From Thermoplasmata archaeon (GTDB lineage Archaea; Thermoplasmatota; Thermoplasmata; Lutacidiplasmatales; UBA184): a stretch of DNA of 64,000 bases. Under the pieces are notes generated by a model. It was not told where the DNA came from and did not search any database. It worked only from the letters and a program-made list of their open reading frames with translations. Shown here piece by piece: positions 27,459-36,658 of the stretch (the first letter of the stretch is position 1; every line of letters begins with the position of its first letter). Location: NCBI GenBank assembly GCA_027315455.1, contig DAHUXZ010000009.1:2714-66713 (forward strand), written 5' to 3'. The position numbers and the translations under genes are program-made.

Positions 27459-30400
27459 CTACTCTTCGTCGTCCTCTTCGTCCTTCTTGGACGACCGCTC
27501 GAGGCCGGCCTTCCCGGTGCTCGAGCTCGACGCCTTCCCGGTGCTCGAGCTCGACGGCTTGGCCTTCGAGGAGGGGGTCCCGCCCATCCCGCGGCGGCGG
27601 TAGAAGAACACCGCGAGCAGGATCAGGACGACGGCAGCGCCCCCGACGGCCCCGTAGATGATGTACTGGCTCGTGGGGTTCGGGTTGAGGGTCACCTGCA
27701 CGTGCGCCTGGTTCGCCCCAGCGGTGTAGTCGCCCACGAACTCGTTCGTGGCCGTCGCGTTCGCCCAGAGGTCCCACGTCCCCGTGCGGCCGGGGTTGAA
27801 GGAGATCTGCGCGCGCACCGTGTGGTTGTACGGGAGGTTCACGACCCCCGCCCACGGCGAGGTCGCGACGACCCCGCTGCTCGAGTAGTTGTAGTAGCTC
27901 ACGGTGCCGCCGATCCCGATCTGGGAGCCGCCCCCGCCCGGCGAGAGCAGGTAGAAGCGCACGGCGAGCGCCTCGGCCGTCGAGTTCTTCCCGATCGTGT
28001 TGGTGACGTTGACCCAGACCGTGTAGGACGTCCCCTCGGTCATCGTCGTGGGGGTGGTGAGGTTCGACACGGAGAGGACGGGCCGCTGGCTCGTGTTGAT
28101 GCTCACGGTCAGCTGGCTCGTCGTGTAGGCGGTGTTGCCCGCGCGGTCCGTGACGGTCAGGTTCACCGTGTAGGGCTTCGACTGGGGGGCCAGCCACAGC
28201 TGAGGCTTCGCCGGGAGCTTGAATCCCGGCTGGACCGCGGGCTGGGAGATCGTGCGGTTCGCCGAGCGGTTCACCGGGTTGGTGATGTTCCAGAAGTACG
28301 ACGCGATCGAGCCGTTGTGCGGGTCGGTCGAGTTCGTCGCCACGAGCACCACGTCGGCGGTGCCGTTCGACCCCTCGATGATGCCCGAGCTCGAGATCGT
28401 CCGACCGGCGGAGTCCTGGATCGCCAGGACGGGCGTCGGCTTCTCGGTGTCGTTGACCAGGACGACGAGCGTGGCCGAGGCGAGATGGCCCGCGCCGTCC
28501 CAGACCTTGAGCGAGACGTTGTACTCCCAGCCGTAGAAGGTCGCGGCGAACGGGAACGGCAGGGTGCCGTTCGTGTAGTAGTCGCCCGCCCCGAGGAACG
28601 TCAGCGTGAGGTTCCGCTGGGACGGGTTCGTGACGCCGCTGCTCGCCGTGTAGTTCGCGGTCGTCTGGTAGCCGCCCGCGCTCGTGATGTTCCACGAGGC
28701 GATCGACAGTATCCCGTGGACCGGCGCGCCGGAGTAGACCGTGTCCGAGCTCAGGGACGCGTTGAAGTGCAGCGTCCGCGACCAGTTCACCCAGACGTAG
28801 GAAACGCTACCCGAGCTGAGCACGGTCGCGTTCGTGCTGATCTGCGCCGTCGGCGGGACATTGTCCGTATAGACGGTGAAGGCCGTCGCGCTCGTGCGGC
28901 CGCCGCTCGACGTCACCGTCAGCGAGCCCGCGTAGCTCTGGGCCCCCGTGTAGGTGTGGTAGGTGGTCGGGCTCGAGGTGTTGGTGAACGTCCCGTCGCC
29001 CCACGCCCACTGGTAGAGGGTCCCGTTGGTCCCGGCGGGGAACGTCGAGTTCAGCGCGCTGAACGTCGCGTTCTCGCCGGAGCCGATGATGACCTCGTAG
29101 TGGCCGCGGGTCTGGTTGAGGACGTTCGCCTTCGAGAAGGCGAAGTTCGAGGTCGTCACGTTGACGATCGCCGTCACGTTGGCGTAGCGGACGACCGAGA
29201 ACGTCGCGGTCGAGCTCGGCGAGGCGCTCGGGAGCGAGACCAGCGTGAAGCTCGTCCAGGTCCCACCGGGTCCCGCGGGGGCGAGGCGGCTCTGCGCGGG
29301 AACGGGGTTGCCCGCGGCGAGGACGTAGCCCGAGGGGAGGACGACGGTGTAGTTGAACACCTGGCCGTTGGTCGGGTGGCGGAAGTTGAACGACACGGTG
29401 TAGTTCTTCGCGCTCGCGGCGAGGGAGCCCGTCACGTTGTAGGCCTGGGCCCAGTAAAGGTCGAGCGACGCGCTCGAGGTGAGGCCGCAGGTCGCCGTGC
29501 AGGTCGTCGTGTTGGTGAAGGTGTAGTTCGTCGGCTGGCCGAACCCGACCGCCCCGCCCGCGGCGGCGACGGCGAGGTTGCTCTGGCCGGCGGCGAAGAA
29601 CGGTCCGCTCGCGTTGATCCAGCCGAGGACGTGCGTCAGGTTCGCCGCGTCGAAGGCGAGGTTGTGCTGCCAGTCGAGCGCGAGCTGCGCCCAGAGCTGG
29701 CCGACGGAGGCGTTCGTGAGGTCGGGGAAGACGGAGTCGTTGCCCAGCGTCGCCTGGGTCGCCACCGCCACCTTGCCGAACCCGCTCGAGAAGTTGAGGG
29801 TCGTCAGGTACTGCGCGGGGGGCACCTGCGGGCGCGAGAGGACGATGTGGGGGTTCGGCCCCGAGCCGTTCGGGCTCGCCGCCGAGATCGTCACCGGGTA
29901 GCTCACCGTCTGCCAGCCCACGGGGGCGAGGACGACCTCGAAGGTCCGTGCGCCGGTGCCGGTGAAGCCGGCCGGGTACGCCCCGAAGCTGTAGTAGCCG
30001 CCGGCCGGGGTCGGAGCGCTGTAGATGTAGCTGGTCGAGGTGTCGACCACCGTCACGTTGCCGCCGGCCGGGATGTGGGCCGACGGGTTCGCGACCTGGT
30101 TGACCCAGCCCCAGACCATGTAGTTCGCGACGACCGGGTTCACCGTCTGCTTCGCGGAGTTGACCGTCACCTGAAGGAGGCTGTAGTGGTTCGGGTTGCC
30201 GGGAACGATCGTCTCGAGGACCCAGGTCCCGTAGGGGACCGAGAGGGAGAACTCCCCGACCACGGTGGTGTTCGTCGCCTTCGCGACGGTCGTGTTGTTG
30301 GCGTAGACGAACCCGCTGATCGTGGGCTGGAGCAGCTCGACGAGCGCGCCGCCCTGCGGCTGGCCGTTGTAGGTGACGTTGCCCCAGATCGTCGCGTTGT

Positions 30401-30851
30401 ACGCGGCGAGGGCGACGCCCGTGACCGTGACGGGGTTGGCCGTCGGGTTCGTCAGGGCCGACGAGCTCTCCCAGTAGTACTGGGGGTTCGGGTTCTGGGG
30501 GATGACGGCGCAGGGGTTGCAGCCGTAGAGGTGGGCGTGGGCTTGGGGAGGGACCCAGACGCCCCACCAGCCGGGGGCGAGGCCGCCCGCGGTGTTGGCG
30601 GCGGTGAAGCTGAACTGGCCGCTCAGCGAGGCCGTCGTGGTAGCGGAGACCTGGTGGGTCGCGGACGAGATCAGGTTCACGGTGACCCCCGCAGGAACCG
30701 GCGGCGGCGACCCGCCGCCTGCCTGGTCGACGTACCCCAGTAGGGTATAGGTCGGTCCGGCCGCTCGCGCCCCCGGCACCGAGGCCAGCGAACCCGCCAG
30801 CACCAGCACGACGAGGGCCCACAACGCGGCTCGCGGTAGCCCGTTAACCAT
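27459..30851 (-). CDS. Large cell-surface glycoprotein with Ig-like/PKD domains and C-terminal membrane anchor
   Basis: Signal peptide, Thr/Ser/Asn-rich beta repeats, YQWAWGDG PKD motif, many NxS/T sequons, C-terminal TM followed by RRR. Confidence 0.85.
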   Translation of the reverse strand: MVNGLPRAALWALVVLVLAGSLASVPGARAAGPTYTLLGYVDQAGGGSPPPVPAGVTVNLISSATHQVSATTTASLSGQFSFTAANTAGGLAPGWWGVWVPPQAHAHLYGCNPCAVIPQNPNPQYYWESSSALTNPTANPVTVTGVALAAYNATIWGNVTYNGQPQGGALVELLQPTISGFVYANNTTVAKATNTTVVGEFSLSVPYGTWVLETIVPGNPNHYSLLQVTVNSAKQTVNPVVANYMVWGWVNQVANPSAHIPAGGNVTVVDTSTSYIYSAPTPAGGYYSFGAYPAGFTGTGARTFEVVLAPVGWQTVSYPVTISAASPNGSGPNPHIVLSRPQVPPAQYLTTLNFSSGFGKVAVATQATLGNDSVFPDLTNASVGQLWAQLALDWQHNLAFDAANLTHVLGWINASGPFFAAGQSNLAVAAAGGAVGFGQPTNYTFTNTTTCTATCGLTSSASLDLYWAQAYNVTGSLAASAKNYTVSFNFRHPTNGQVFNYTVVLPSGYVLAAGNPVPAQSRLAPAGPGGTWTSFTLVSLPSASPSSTATFSVVRYANVTAIVNVTTSNFAFSKANVLNQTRGHYEVIIGSGENATFSALNSTFPAGTNGTLYQWAWGDGTFTNTSSPTTYHTYTGAQSYAGSLTVTSSGGRTSATAFTVYTDNVPPTAQISTNATVLSSGSVSYVWVNWSRTLHFNASLSSDTVYSGAPVHGILSIASWNITSAGGYQTTANYTASSGVTNPSQRNLTLTFLGAGDYYTNGTLPFPFAATFYGWEYNVSLKVWDGAGHLASATLVVLVNDTEKPTPVLAIQDSAGRTISSSGIIEGSNGTADVVLVATNSTDPHNGSIASYFWNITNPVNRSANRTISQPAVQPGFKLPAKPQLWLAPQSKPYTVNLTVTDRAGNTAYTTSQLTVSINTSQRPVLSVSNLTTPTTMTEGTSYTVWVNVTNTIGKNSTAEALAVRFYLLSPGGGGSQIGIGGTVSYYNYSSSGVVATSPWAGVVNLPYNHTVRAQISFNPGRTGTWDLWANATATNEFVGDYTAGANQAHVQVTLNPNPTSQYIIYGAVGGAAVVLILLAVFFYRRRGMGGTPSSKAKPSSSSTGKASSSSTGKAGLERSSKKDEEDDEE
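27508..27555 (-). repeat. 24-bp tandem duplication in the cytoplasmic tail (SSSSTGKA x2)
   Basis: GCCTTCCCGGTGCTCGAGCTCGAC twice. Confidence 0.85.
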
Positions 30852-30963
30852 CGCGTTTCACGACTCCCTGTAAGTGTTCCCTATCGGGAAACTCGGCGCC
30901 GAACCTTGCCCCCCTACATATAGCTTGCCGACCGCGGGGGCGCCCCCCACCCGCGGCCCTGCG

Positions 30964-33186
30964 CTACCGGTAGATCGCCTGGACGGGCTCCTCGCGGCGG
31001 CGCCCGACGCGCTCGCGGGAGAGCTGGCGTTGGAAGTCCTCGTAGAACTTGAGCATCTCCGGGTCGCAGGAGGGGTGGACGAGCTTGAACGCCTCGTCGA
31101 AGTGGGCCATCGTCACTTTCGACGCCTTCAGGTTCTCCCGGATCGCGACCAGGCCCGCCTCGCGGGCGAGGGCGGCGAGGTCGCTCCCGACGAACCCGTC
31201 GCTCCGCTGGGCGAGCTCGCTCAACGAGACGTCCTCGAGGGGCATCTTCCGCGTGTGGACCTTCAGGATCTCGAGCCGACCGGCCGTGTTCGGCGGCTCG
31301 ACGTACAGGAGCCGGTCGAAGCGGCCGGTCCGCGTGAGCGCCTCATCGAGGATGTCGGGACGGTTCGTCGCCGCGAGGACCAGGACCCGCTCGAGCGACT
31401 CGAGGCCGTCGATGCTGGTGAGGAGCTGGTTGACGATCCGCTCGGTGACCCCGCTCGACGTCTGGAGGCCCCGCCTCGGTGCGATGGCGTCGATCTCGTC
31501 GATGAAGACGATCGCGGGCGACGCCTGGCGGGCCTTCTTGAAGATCATCCGGATCGCCTTCTCGCTCTCGCCCACCCACTTGCTCATCACCTCGGGGCCC
31601 TTGACCGAGATGAAGTTCGCCTGGCTCTCCGTGGCGGCCGCCTTCGCGAGGAGGGTCTTCCCCACGCCCGGGGGCCCGTAGAGGAGGATCCCGCGCGGCG
31701 GCTCGATGCCGATGTGGCGGTAGACGGCCGGGTTGCGGAACGGCAGCTCGACGGACTCCTGGAGCGACTGCTTGATCCCATCGAGGCCGCCGACCTCGGC
31801 CCAGCGGACCGTCGGGATCTCGATGGTGACGTCCCTTAGGCTGGAGGGCTCGATCTGCTTGAGCGCCTCCTTGAAATCGCGCTCGGTGACCTTCATCCGT
31901 TCGAGAAGCGACAGCGGGATCGGCTTGTCGAAGTCGATCTCGGGCAGGTAACGGCGCAGCGCCCGCATCGCCGCCTCCCGCCCGAGGGCGGCGAGGTCGG
32001 CCCCGACGAAGCCGTGGCTGAGACCGGCGAGCTCGCGCAGGATGCGGTCGCGGTCCCGGTCCGAGCCTTCGATCGGCATGCCGCGGGTGTGGATCATGAG
32101 GATCTCGAGGCGCCCGGCCTGGGTCGGGACGCCGATCTCGATCTCCCGGTCGAAGCGGCCGGGGCGGCGGAGGGCGGGGTCGATCGCCTCCTCGCGGTTC
32201 GTGGCCGCGATGACGATGACGTTGCCGCGGCCGGAAAGTCCGTCCATCAGGGTGAGGAGCTGGGCGACGACGCGCCGTTCGACCTCCCCCACCACCTCGT
32301 CCCGCCGGGGCGCGATCGAGTCGAGTTCGTCGATGAAGACCACCGACGGGGCGTTCTTCTCGGCCTCCTCGAACTTCTCGCGGAGCTCCTTCTCGCTCTC
32401 GCCGTAGTACTTCGAGATGATCTCGGGGCCCTGGATCCCGATGAAGTGGGCCCCGGCCTCGTTCGCGACGGCCTTCGCGATCAAGGTCTTCCCGGTTCCC
32501 GGCGGCCCGTAGAGGAGCACGCCCTTCGGGGGGGAGATGGCGAGCCGGTCGAACAGCTCCGGGTGCTTGAGCGGCAGCTCGATCATCTCGCGGACGCGGC
32601 CGAGCTTCTCCTTGAGCCCCCCGATGTCCTCGTAGGAGACGCGCGGGGCGGCGACCTCGGTCTCGGTGACCGTCTCGTCCTTGATCGTGATGAGGGTCGT
32701 CGGCCCGACCTGGACCGTTCCCTTCGGCTGGGTCGAGACGACCATGAACGGGAGCGACCCGCCCATGAGGAAGACCCCGGGGATCACGAAAACGTCCCCC
32801 CGGACGAACGGCCGGCGCGACAGCGCCTTCGAGACGAACGACTCGAGGCCGGGCCCGAGGTCCATCTTCGCCGAGCCGGAGTAGATCGGCGCGATCGTCA
32901 CCGCGTCGGCGATCGGACAGTCGATCCGCTGGACGAGGACCCGGTCGCCGATGCTGACGCCGGCGTTGCGACGTACGACGGCCTCGACACGGACGAGGCC
33001 CTTGCCCTCGTCGTCCTGCTGGGCGCGGTTCACGACGGCCGCCGTCGTCTTTCGGCCGCGGATCTCGATGATGTCGCCGACACCGACCTTGAGGCGCTGG
33101 CGGGTCCCGACGTCGAGCCGCGCGGTCCCGAGCCCGATGTCCTGCTGGAACGCCTCGGCGACCCGGAGGGTGACGGCCTCCCCCAT
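30964..33186 (-). CDS. cdc48: CDC48/VAT AAA+ ATPase
   Basis: N domain ([14 protein letters not shown]), two AAA modules GPPGTGKT and GPPGVGKT, C-terminal IYR. Confidence 0.96.
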   Translation of the reverse strand: MGEAVTLRVAEAFQQDIGLGTARLDVGTRQRLKVGVGDIIEIRGRKTTAAVVNRAQQDDEGKGLVRVEAVVRRNAGVSIGDRVLVQRIDCPIADAVTIAPIYSGSAKMDLGPGLESFVSKALSRRPFVRGDVFVIPGVFLMGGSLPFMVVSTQPKGTVQVGPTTLITIKDETVTETEVAAPRVSYEDIGGLKEKLGRVREMIELPLKHPELFDRLAISPPKGVLLYGPPGTGKTLIAKAVANEAGAHFIGIQGPEIISKYYGESEKELREKFEEAEKNAPSVVFIDELDSIAPRRDEVVGEVERRVVAQLLTLMDGLSGRGNVIVIAATNREEAIDPALRRPGRFDREIEIGVPTQAGRLEILMIHTRGMPIEGSDRDRDRILRELAGLSHGFVGADLAALGREAAMRALRRYLPEIDFDKPIPLSLLERMKVTERDFKEALKQIEPSSLRDVTIEIPTVRWAEVGGLDGIKQSLQESVELPFRNPAVYRHIGIEPPRGILLYGPPGVGKTLLAKAAATESQANFISVKGPEVMSKWVGESEKAIRMIFKKARQASPAIVFIDEIDAIAPRRGLQTSSGVTERIVNQLLTSIDGLESLERVLVLAATNRPDILDEALTRTGRFDRLLYVEPPNTAGRLEILKVHTRKMPLEDVSLSELAQRSDGFVGSDLAALAREAGLVAIRENLKASKVTMAHFDEAFKLVHPSCDPEMLKFYEDFQRQLSRERVGRRREEPVQAIYR

Positions 33187-33270
33187 CGATGCGCACCGTT
33201 GCACCCGGGAGCGCGATATATACGTTGCTCTCGGGCCCCGCCGGCCGGCGAGCCGGGAGCGCGGTCCCGC

Positions 33271-34071
33271 TCAGAGGGTGCGCTGGCCCGGCTCGCGCGC
33301 GGCGGCCGTGAGGTCGGCCGGGGGGACCCCGAGGACCTCCTGGAGGAGCTCGGCCGTCCCGGGCCCGAAGCCCATGAAGTGGTTGTTGACGAGGAGGAAC
33401 GCGTCGCGCGCGGCCGCGCCCTCGTGCTCGAGGTGGGTCCGCATCGCTTCCATCGCCGGACGGCCTTCCCGCTGGATGCCATCGAAGCGGGTCAGGGCCC
33501 GGTCGCCGACGAAGCGGCCGTAGAGGAAATCCCCGGGGACCCAGTACGGCGGCGCGAGCCCCGGGTAGACCGTCCAGACGAGCGCCGCGCTCCGCCGCTC
33601 GAGGAGGGCGCGCGTCGCGGGGACCCACCACGATCGGTGGCGCAGCTCGACGGCGAGCGCAAGGTCCGCCGGGAACGCCGCGAGGATCTCCTCGAGGCGC
33701 CCCGCGTCCTTCTCCCGACGGAACGACGCGGCGAACTGCGCCACGACCGGCCCGAGCTTTCCGGCCTCGCGCAGCGGGCGCAGCGCCTCGACGAACGGAC
33801 CCACCGATTCCGCGAGCGGCGGGCCGACCGGCGCGTGCGTGATCGCCTTCGGGACCTTGAGGGCGAAGAGGAAGCCCGACGGGGTCAGGGCGGCCCAGCG
33901 TCGGACCAGGAAGGGGCTGGGCGACCGGTAGAACGACGAATCGACCTCCACGAGGTCGAAGACCCGCGCGTACCGGCGGAGGTACTCCCCCGGTGGCGTC
34001 CCCTCCGGGTAGAAGACGCCGCGCCAGTCGTCGTAGGACCAGCCGGTGCACCCGACGCGGACGTGCGGCAT
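33271..34071 (-). CDS. DUF72 family protein
   Basis: VGCTGWSYDDWRGVFYP, VEVDSSFY, FALKVP..ITH, ELRHRSW, NNHF.G. Confidence 0.92.
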   Translation of the reverse strand: MPHVRVGCTGWSYDDWRGVFYPEGTPPGEYLRRYARVFDLVEVDSSFYRSPSPFLVRRWAALTPSGFLFALKVPKAITHAPVGPPLAESVGPFVEALRPLREAGKLGPVVAQFAASFRREKDAGRLEEILAAFPADLALAVELRHRSWWVPATRALLERRSAALVWTVYPGLAPPYWVPGDFLYGRFVGDRALTRFDGIQREGRPAMEAMRTHLEHEGAAARDAFLLVNNHFMGFGPGTAELLQEVLGVPPADLTAAAREPGQRTL

Positions 34072-34163
34072 GCCGACCCCCACCCGGACGCGGCGGATTG
34101 AGGGTTTCGGCGGCCCGGGAACCCCACGGAAGACAGATAATCCTCCGTTCGCTCGATGGGACG

Positions 34164-35084
34164 ATGGCCCCCGTCACCTCGACGACCTCTGTGCTGCGAC
34201 GCCTGTTCGAGGCCGCGGGCTACCGGCTCGAGGACCGGCCGAGCGGCCTCAAGGCGATCCGCAGCCGGGACCACCGCGCCGTTCTCGTGGTATGGGGCCT
34301 GCCGTCCCCCGTGGAGGTAGAGTCCGAGTTCCCCGGGGATGCCGTGCACCGAACGCTCGTCTACGCCGAGGACCCGGGCACCGTCGCCCGGTCGATCGCC
34401 TCCGAGCGGAGCATCGAGGTCCTGGGCCCGGCGACCCTCGGCCCGGCCCTCGGCGAGCTCCTCCTCCCCCCGCCCCCGGCGCCCGGGGAGAGCGAGACGG
34501 AGTCCGAGGAGAGCCCTCTCGAGCCGCCGGCGACCCTCTTTCCGGAAGGCGAGCGGGTCGTGCGGCCCCGGCTCGGGCAAGCGGAGGCCGAGGCGCTCGC
34601 CGGTATCGACCAGGCCCACTACGCCCTGCGCCTCGTCCCGTTCTACGTGACCCCCTATCGGGTCCGCGTCCGGGGCGCCCACGGCGGCCCGGGCCCGACC
34701 TCGGACCACCTGATCGCGGTCAACGCGATCTCCGGCCGCGCCGAGGTCTGGGACCCCGGCGACCGGGAGATCGCGAGCGAGCTCGACGTCCCGACGCAGA
34801 AGGTCGATGCGTCGCTGAGCGAGGGGGACAGCCGGCAGATCGCCGAGGAGGCGGTCCGCAAGCGCCACACGGTGAGCGTCGACCACTCCGAGCAGCACGG
34901 CGGGGCGCTCGTCATCGAGCGTCGCCGCCTGCCCCCCGGTCCCGACGACCTCCGGCTCGGGCCGACGGTCCTCCTCTACGTGCCGTACTGGTACGTCGAA
35001 GGGCTGCAGGGTCGCGTCGTCCTGGACTCCGTGACGGGGACCCGCACGCTTCCGGACGACCCGGAGATCGACGCGGTTCGCTGA
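34164..35084 (+). CDS. Hypothetical protein, possible degenerate restriction-endonuclease-like N-terminal domain
   Basis: Good codon usage. LFEAAGY... and A.ERSIEVL....L...LGE resemble an Mrr-like fold; internal duplication VPFY..VNAISG / VPYW..LDSVTG. Confidence 0.65.
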   Translation: MAPVTSTTSVLRRLFEAAGYRLEDRPSGLKAIRSRDHRAVLVVWGLPSPVEVESEFPGDAVHRTLVYAEDPGTVARSIASERSIEVLGPATLGPALGELLLPPPPAPGESETESEESPLEPPATLFPEGERVVRPRLGQAEAEALAGIDQAHYALRLVPFYVTPYRVRVRGAHGGPGPTSDHLIAVNAISGRAEVWDPGDREIASELDVPTQKVDASLSEGDSRQIAEEAVRKRHTVSVDHSEQHGGALVIERRRLPPGPDDLRLGPTVLLYVPYWYVEGLQGRVVLDSVTGTRTLPDDPEIDAVR

Positions 35085-35123
35085 CCCCCTGTCCGTCAAA
35101 TAGCGCCCCCGCTTCGCGCGGGC

Positions 35124-35735
35124 GTGCTCCTCGAGCGGTTCGCCGTCGGACCGTACCAGAACTTCACCTACCTCGTAGCGGACCGGGAGGGCGGAGAGGG
35201 CGTCGTCATCGACCCGTCGTTCGGGATCGACCCGGTCCTGCACGCGATCGACTCGCGGTCCGTGAAGGTCCGTTTCATCCTCAACACCCACAGCCACCCC
35301 GACCATGTCGCCGGCAACGGCGAGATCCGCGAGCGGACCGGGGCGAAGGTCGTCGCGCACCGTCGGGCCCCGCTGAACCAGGAGATGCCCGTCGACGACG
35401 GCGACGTCGTCGAATCCGGGCGGATCCGTTTCGAGGTCCTCTACACCCCCGGTCACACTCCCGACTCCGTCCTCTACCGCTTCGAGGGCCACCTCGCGAC
35501 CGGCGACACCCTCTTCGTGGGCGAGTGCGGCCGGACCGACCTCCCCGGCGGCGACCCGTCGGCGATGTACGACTCGCTCCTCGGCCGCGTCGTGAAGCTC
35601 GACGATGCGCTCATCGTCCTCCCCGGCCACGACTACGGCGTGACCCCGACCTCGACGATCGGGCGCGAGAAGCAGGAGAACTACGTCCTGAAGCCCCGCT
35701 CGCGCGAGGAATTCATCCGCTTCCTCCGGGAGTAG
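35124..35735 (+). CDS. MBL-fold metallo-hydrolase (glyoxalase II / persulfide dioxygenase-like)
   Basis: NTHSHPDH, TPGHT, TGDTLF..CGRTDL, PGHDY, STIGREK. Confidence 0.9.
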   Translation: MLLERFAVGPYQNFTYLVADREGGEGVVIDPSFGIDPVLHAIDSRSVKVRFILNTHSHPDHVAGNGEIRERTGAKVVAHRRAPLNQEMPVDDGDVVESGRIRFEVLYTPGHTPDSVLYRFEGHLATGDTLFVGECGRTDLPGGDPSAMYDSLLGRVVKLDDALIVLPGHDYGVTPTSTIGREKQENYVLKPRSREEFIRFLRE

Positions 35736-35739
35736 GCCG

Positions 35740-36312
35740 TTGTCCCCCATCCCGCCGACGGAGAGCCGGACCCTCCTGGCCGTCGGGGCCCGCCGGCGCG
35801 AAGCCGGTCGGCCGGACCGCGGCGAGATCGTCCAGACCCTCCGCCGCCTCGGGGGGGAGGGCGGCGGGCTGGTCGCGCTGTTCGACGCCCGGGCGATCGC
35901 CGGGGAGCGCCACCTCCTCTCCGCCTGGGCGCATCTCGGTCGCGCTCGCGCACGGGGCGAGGAGCGCCTGCGCGACCGGGGGGCCGAGTTCGCGCTGTTC
36001 GTCGCGGGGGACGACCAGCTCCCGAAGGCGCTCGGGAAGGTCGGCGTCGCGGCCGACACGGACCGCTTCGTCCTCGTCGTCGAGCGGCCGCGCACGATCG
36101 CCGATACCCTCGCCGCCTTCGGTCTCGAGGAGGACGCCACGGCCTACCCGGTCGGGCCCACCGCGAGGACCCTCGAGCGTCTCGGCATCTCCGCCGAGGA
36201 GCACGGGAGCGTCCCCCCGTCGGCGTGGGAGGGGCTCGTCCTCGAGCGCATCGCCCTGGTCGAGCTCGCCGGCGCCCATGCCGCCCCGGCCCGGTCGACC
36301 CCAAAGCATTAG
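35740..36312 (+). CDS. cgi121: KEOPS complex subunit Cgi121
   Basis: FDARAIAGERHL.SA, E..LFVAG..Q...AL.KVG, LVLERIAL. Confidence 0.8.
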   Translation: MSPIPPTESRTLLAVGARRREAGRPDRGEIVQTLRRLGGEGGGLVALFDARAIAGERHLLSAWAHLGRARARGEERLRDRGAEFALFVAGDDQLPKALGKVGVAADTDRFVLVVERPRTIADTLAAFGLEEDATAYPVGPTARTLERLGISAEEHGSVPPSAWEGLVLERIALVELAGAHAAPARSTPKH

Positions 36313-36352
36313 GCACGGGCGCCGGTGGCGGCGCGTCCGGCGGGGACGCGCT

Positions 36353-36457
36353 GCAGGCGTAATCTAGCGGTAGGATGTCAGCCTTCCAAGCTGACTACCC
36401 GGGTTCGAATCGCCGACGCGCCCGCGGGCGCGCGGCGCGGACGTCCCGGCGCCTGCA
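36353..36457 (+). tRNA. tRNA-Gly(TCC) with a 34-nt intron at position 59/60 (36410..36443)
   Basis: Acceptor GCAGGCG/CGCCTGC+A; anticodon arm TCAGC-CTTCCAA-GCTGA; T stem CCGGG/CCCGG with the TTCGAA^T loop interrupted by a BHB-bounded insert. CCA not encoded. Confidence 0.92.
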
Positions 36458-36482
36458 TCGCCCTCCGCCGGTCCGCCTCAGG

Positions 36483-36488
36483 TTTAAG
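36483..36488 (+). promoter_or_regulatory. TATA box (TTTAAG) for tRNA-Ser
   Basis: 25-30 nt upstream of the tRNA 5' end. Confidence 0.6.
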
Positions 36489-36512
36489 GCCGCGCTCGCT
36501 GCTCCGTACGCT

Positions 36513-36596
36513 GCTGAGGTAGCCTAGCCCGGCAAGGCGCCAGCCTTGAAAGCTGGTGGCGGCAACGCCCCGGGAGTTCAAATCTCCCCCTCAGCG
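36513..36596 (+). tRNA. tRNA-Ser(TGA)
   Basis: Acceptor GCTGAGG/CCTCAGC+G; anticodon arm CCAGC-CTTGAAA-GCTGG; long variable arm GGCG-GCAA-CGCC; T arm GGGAG-TTCAAAT-CTCCC. Confidence 0.96.
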
Positions 36597-36658
36597 TCCC
36601 TCCCGTCGCTCGCCCCCGCCGAACGATTATATCCCGCGGCTCGCTCGCTCGTCCTCCG

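Noticed and set aside
26169-27555. 24-bp direct repeats as a CRISPR array
   Set aside because: Only about two adjacent copies each, no spacers, in-frame within coding sequence, and no cas genes.
36328-36351. Hairpin just upstream of tRNA-Gly, partly complementary to its intron (possible splicing switch or split tRNA)
   Set aside because: The tRNA is complete in cis, and about 14 bp of gapped GC-only complementarity is plausible by chance here.
36513-36596. Possible selenocysteine system (long-arm tRNA with 'TGA' plus SelB-like gene)
   Set aside because: The anticodon is UGA, which reads Ser UCA; tRNA-Sec needs anticodon UCA. The 7-bp acceptor stem is ordinary, and no selD or in-frame UGA gene was seen.
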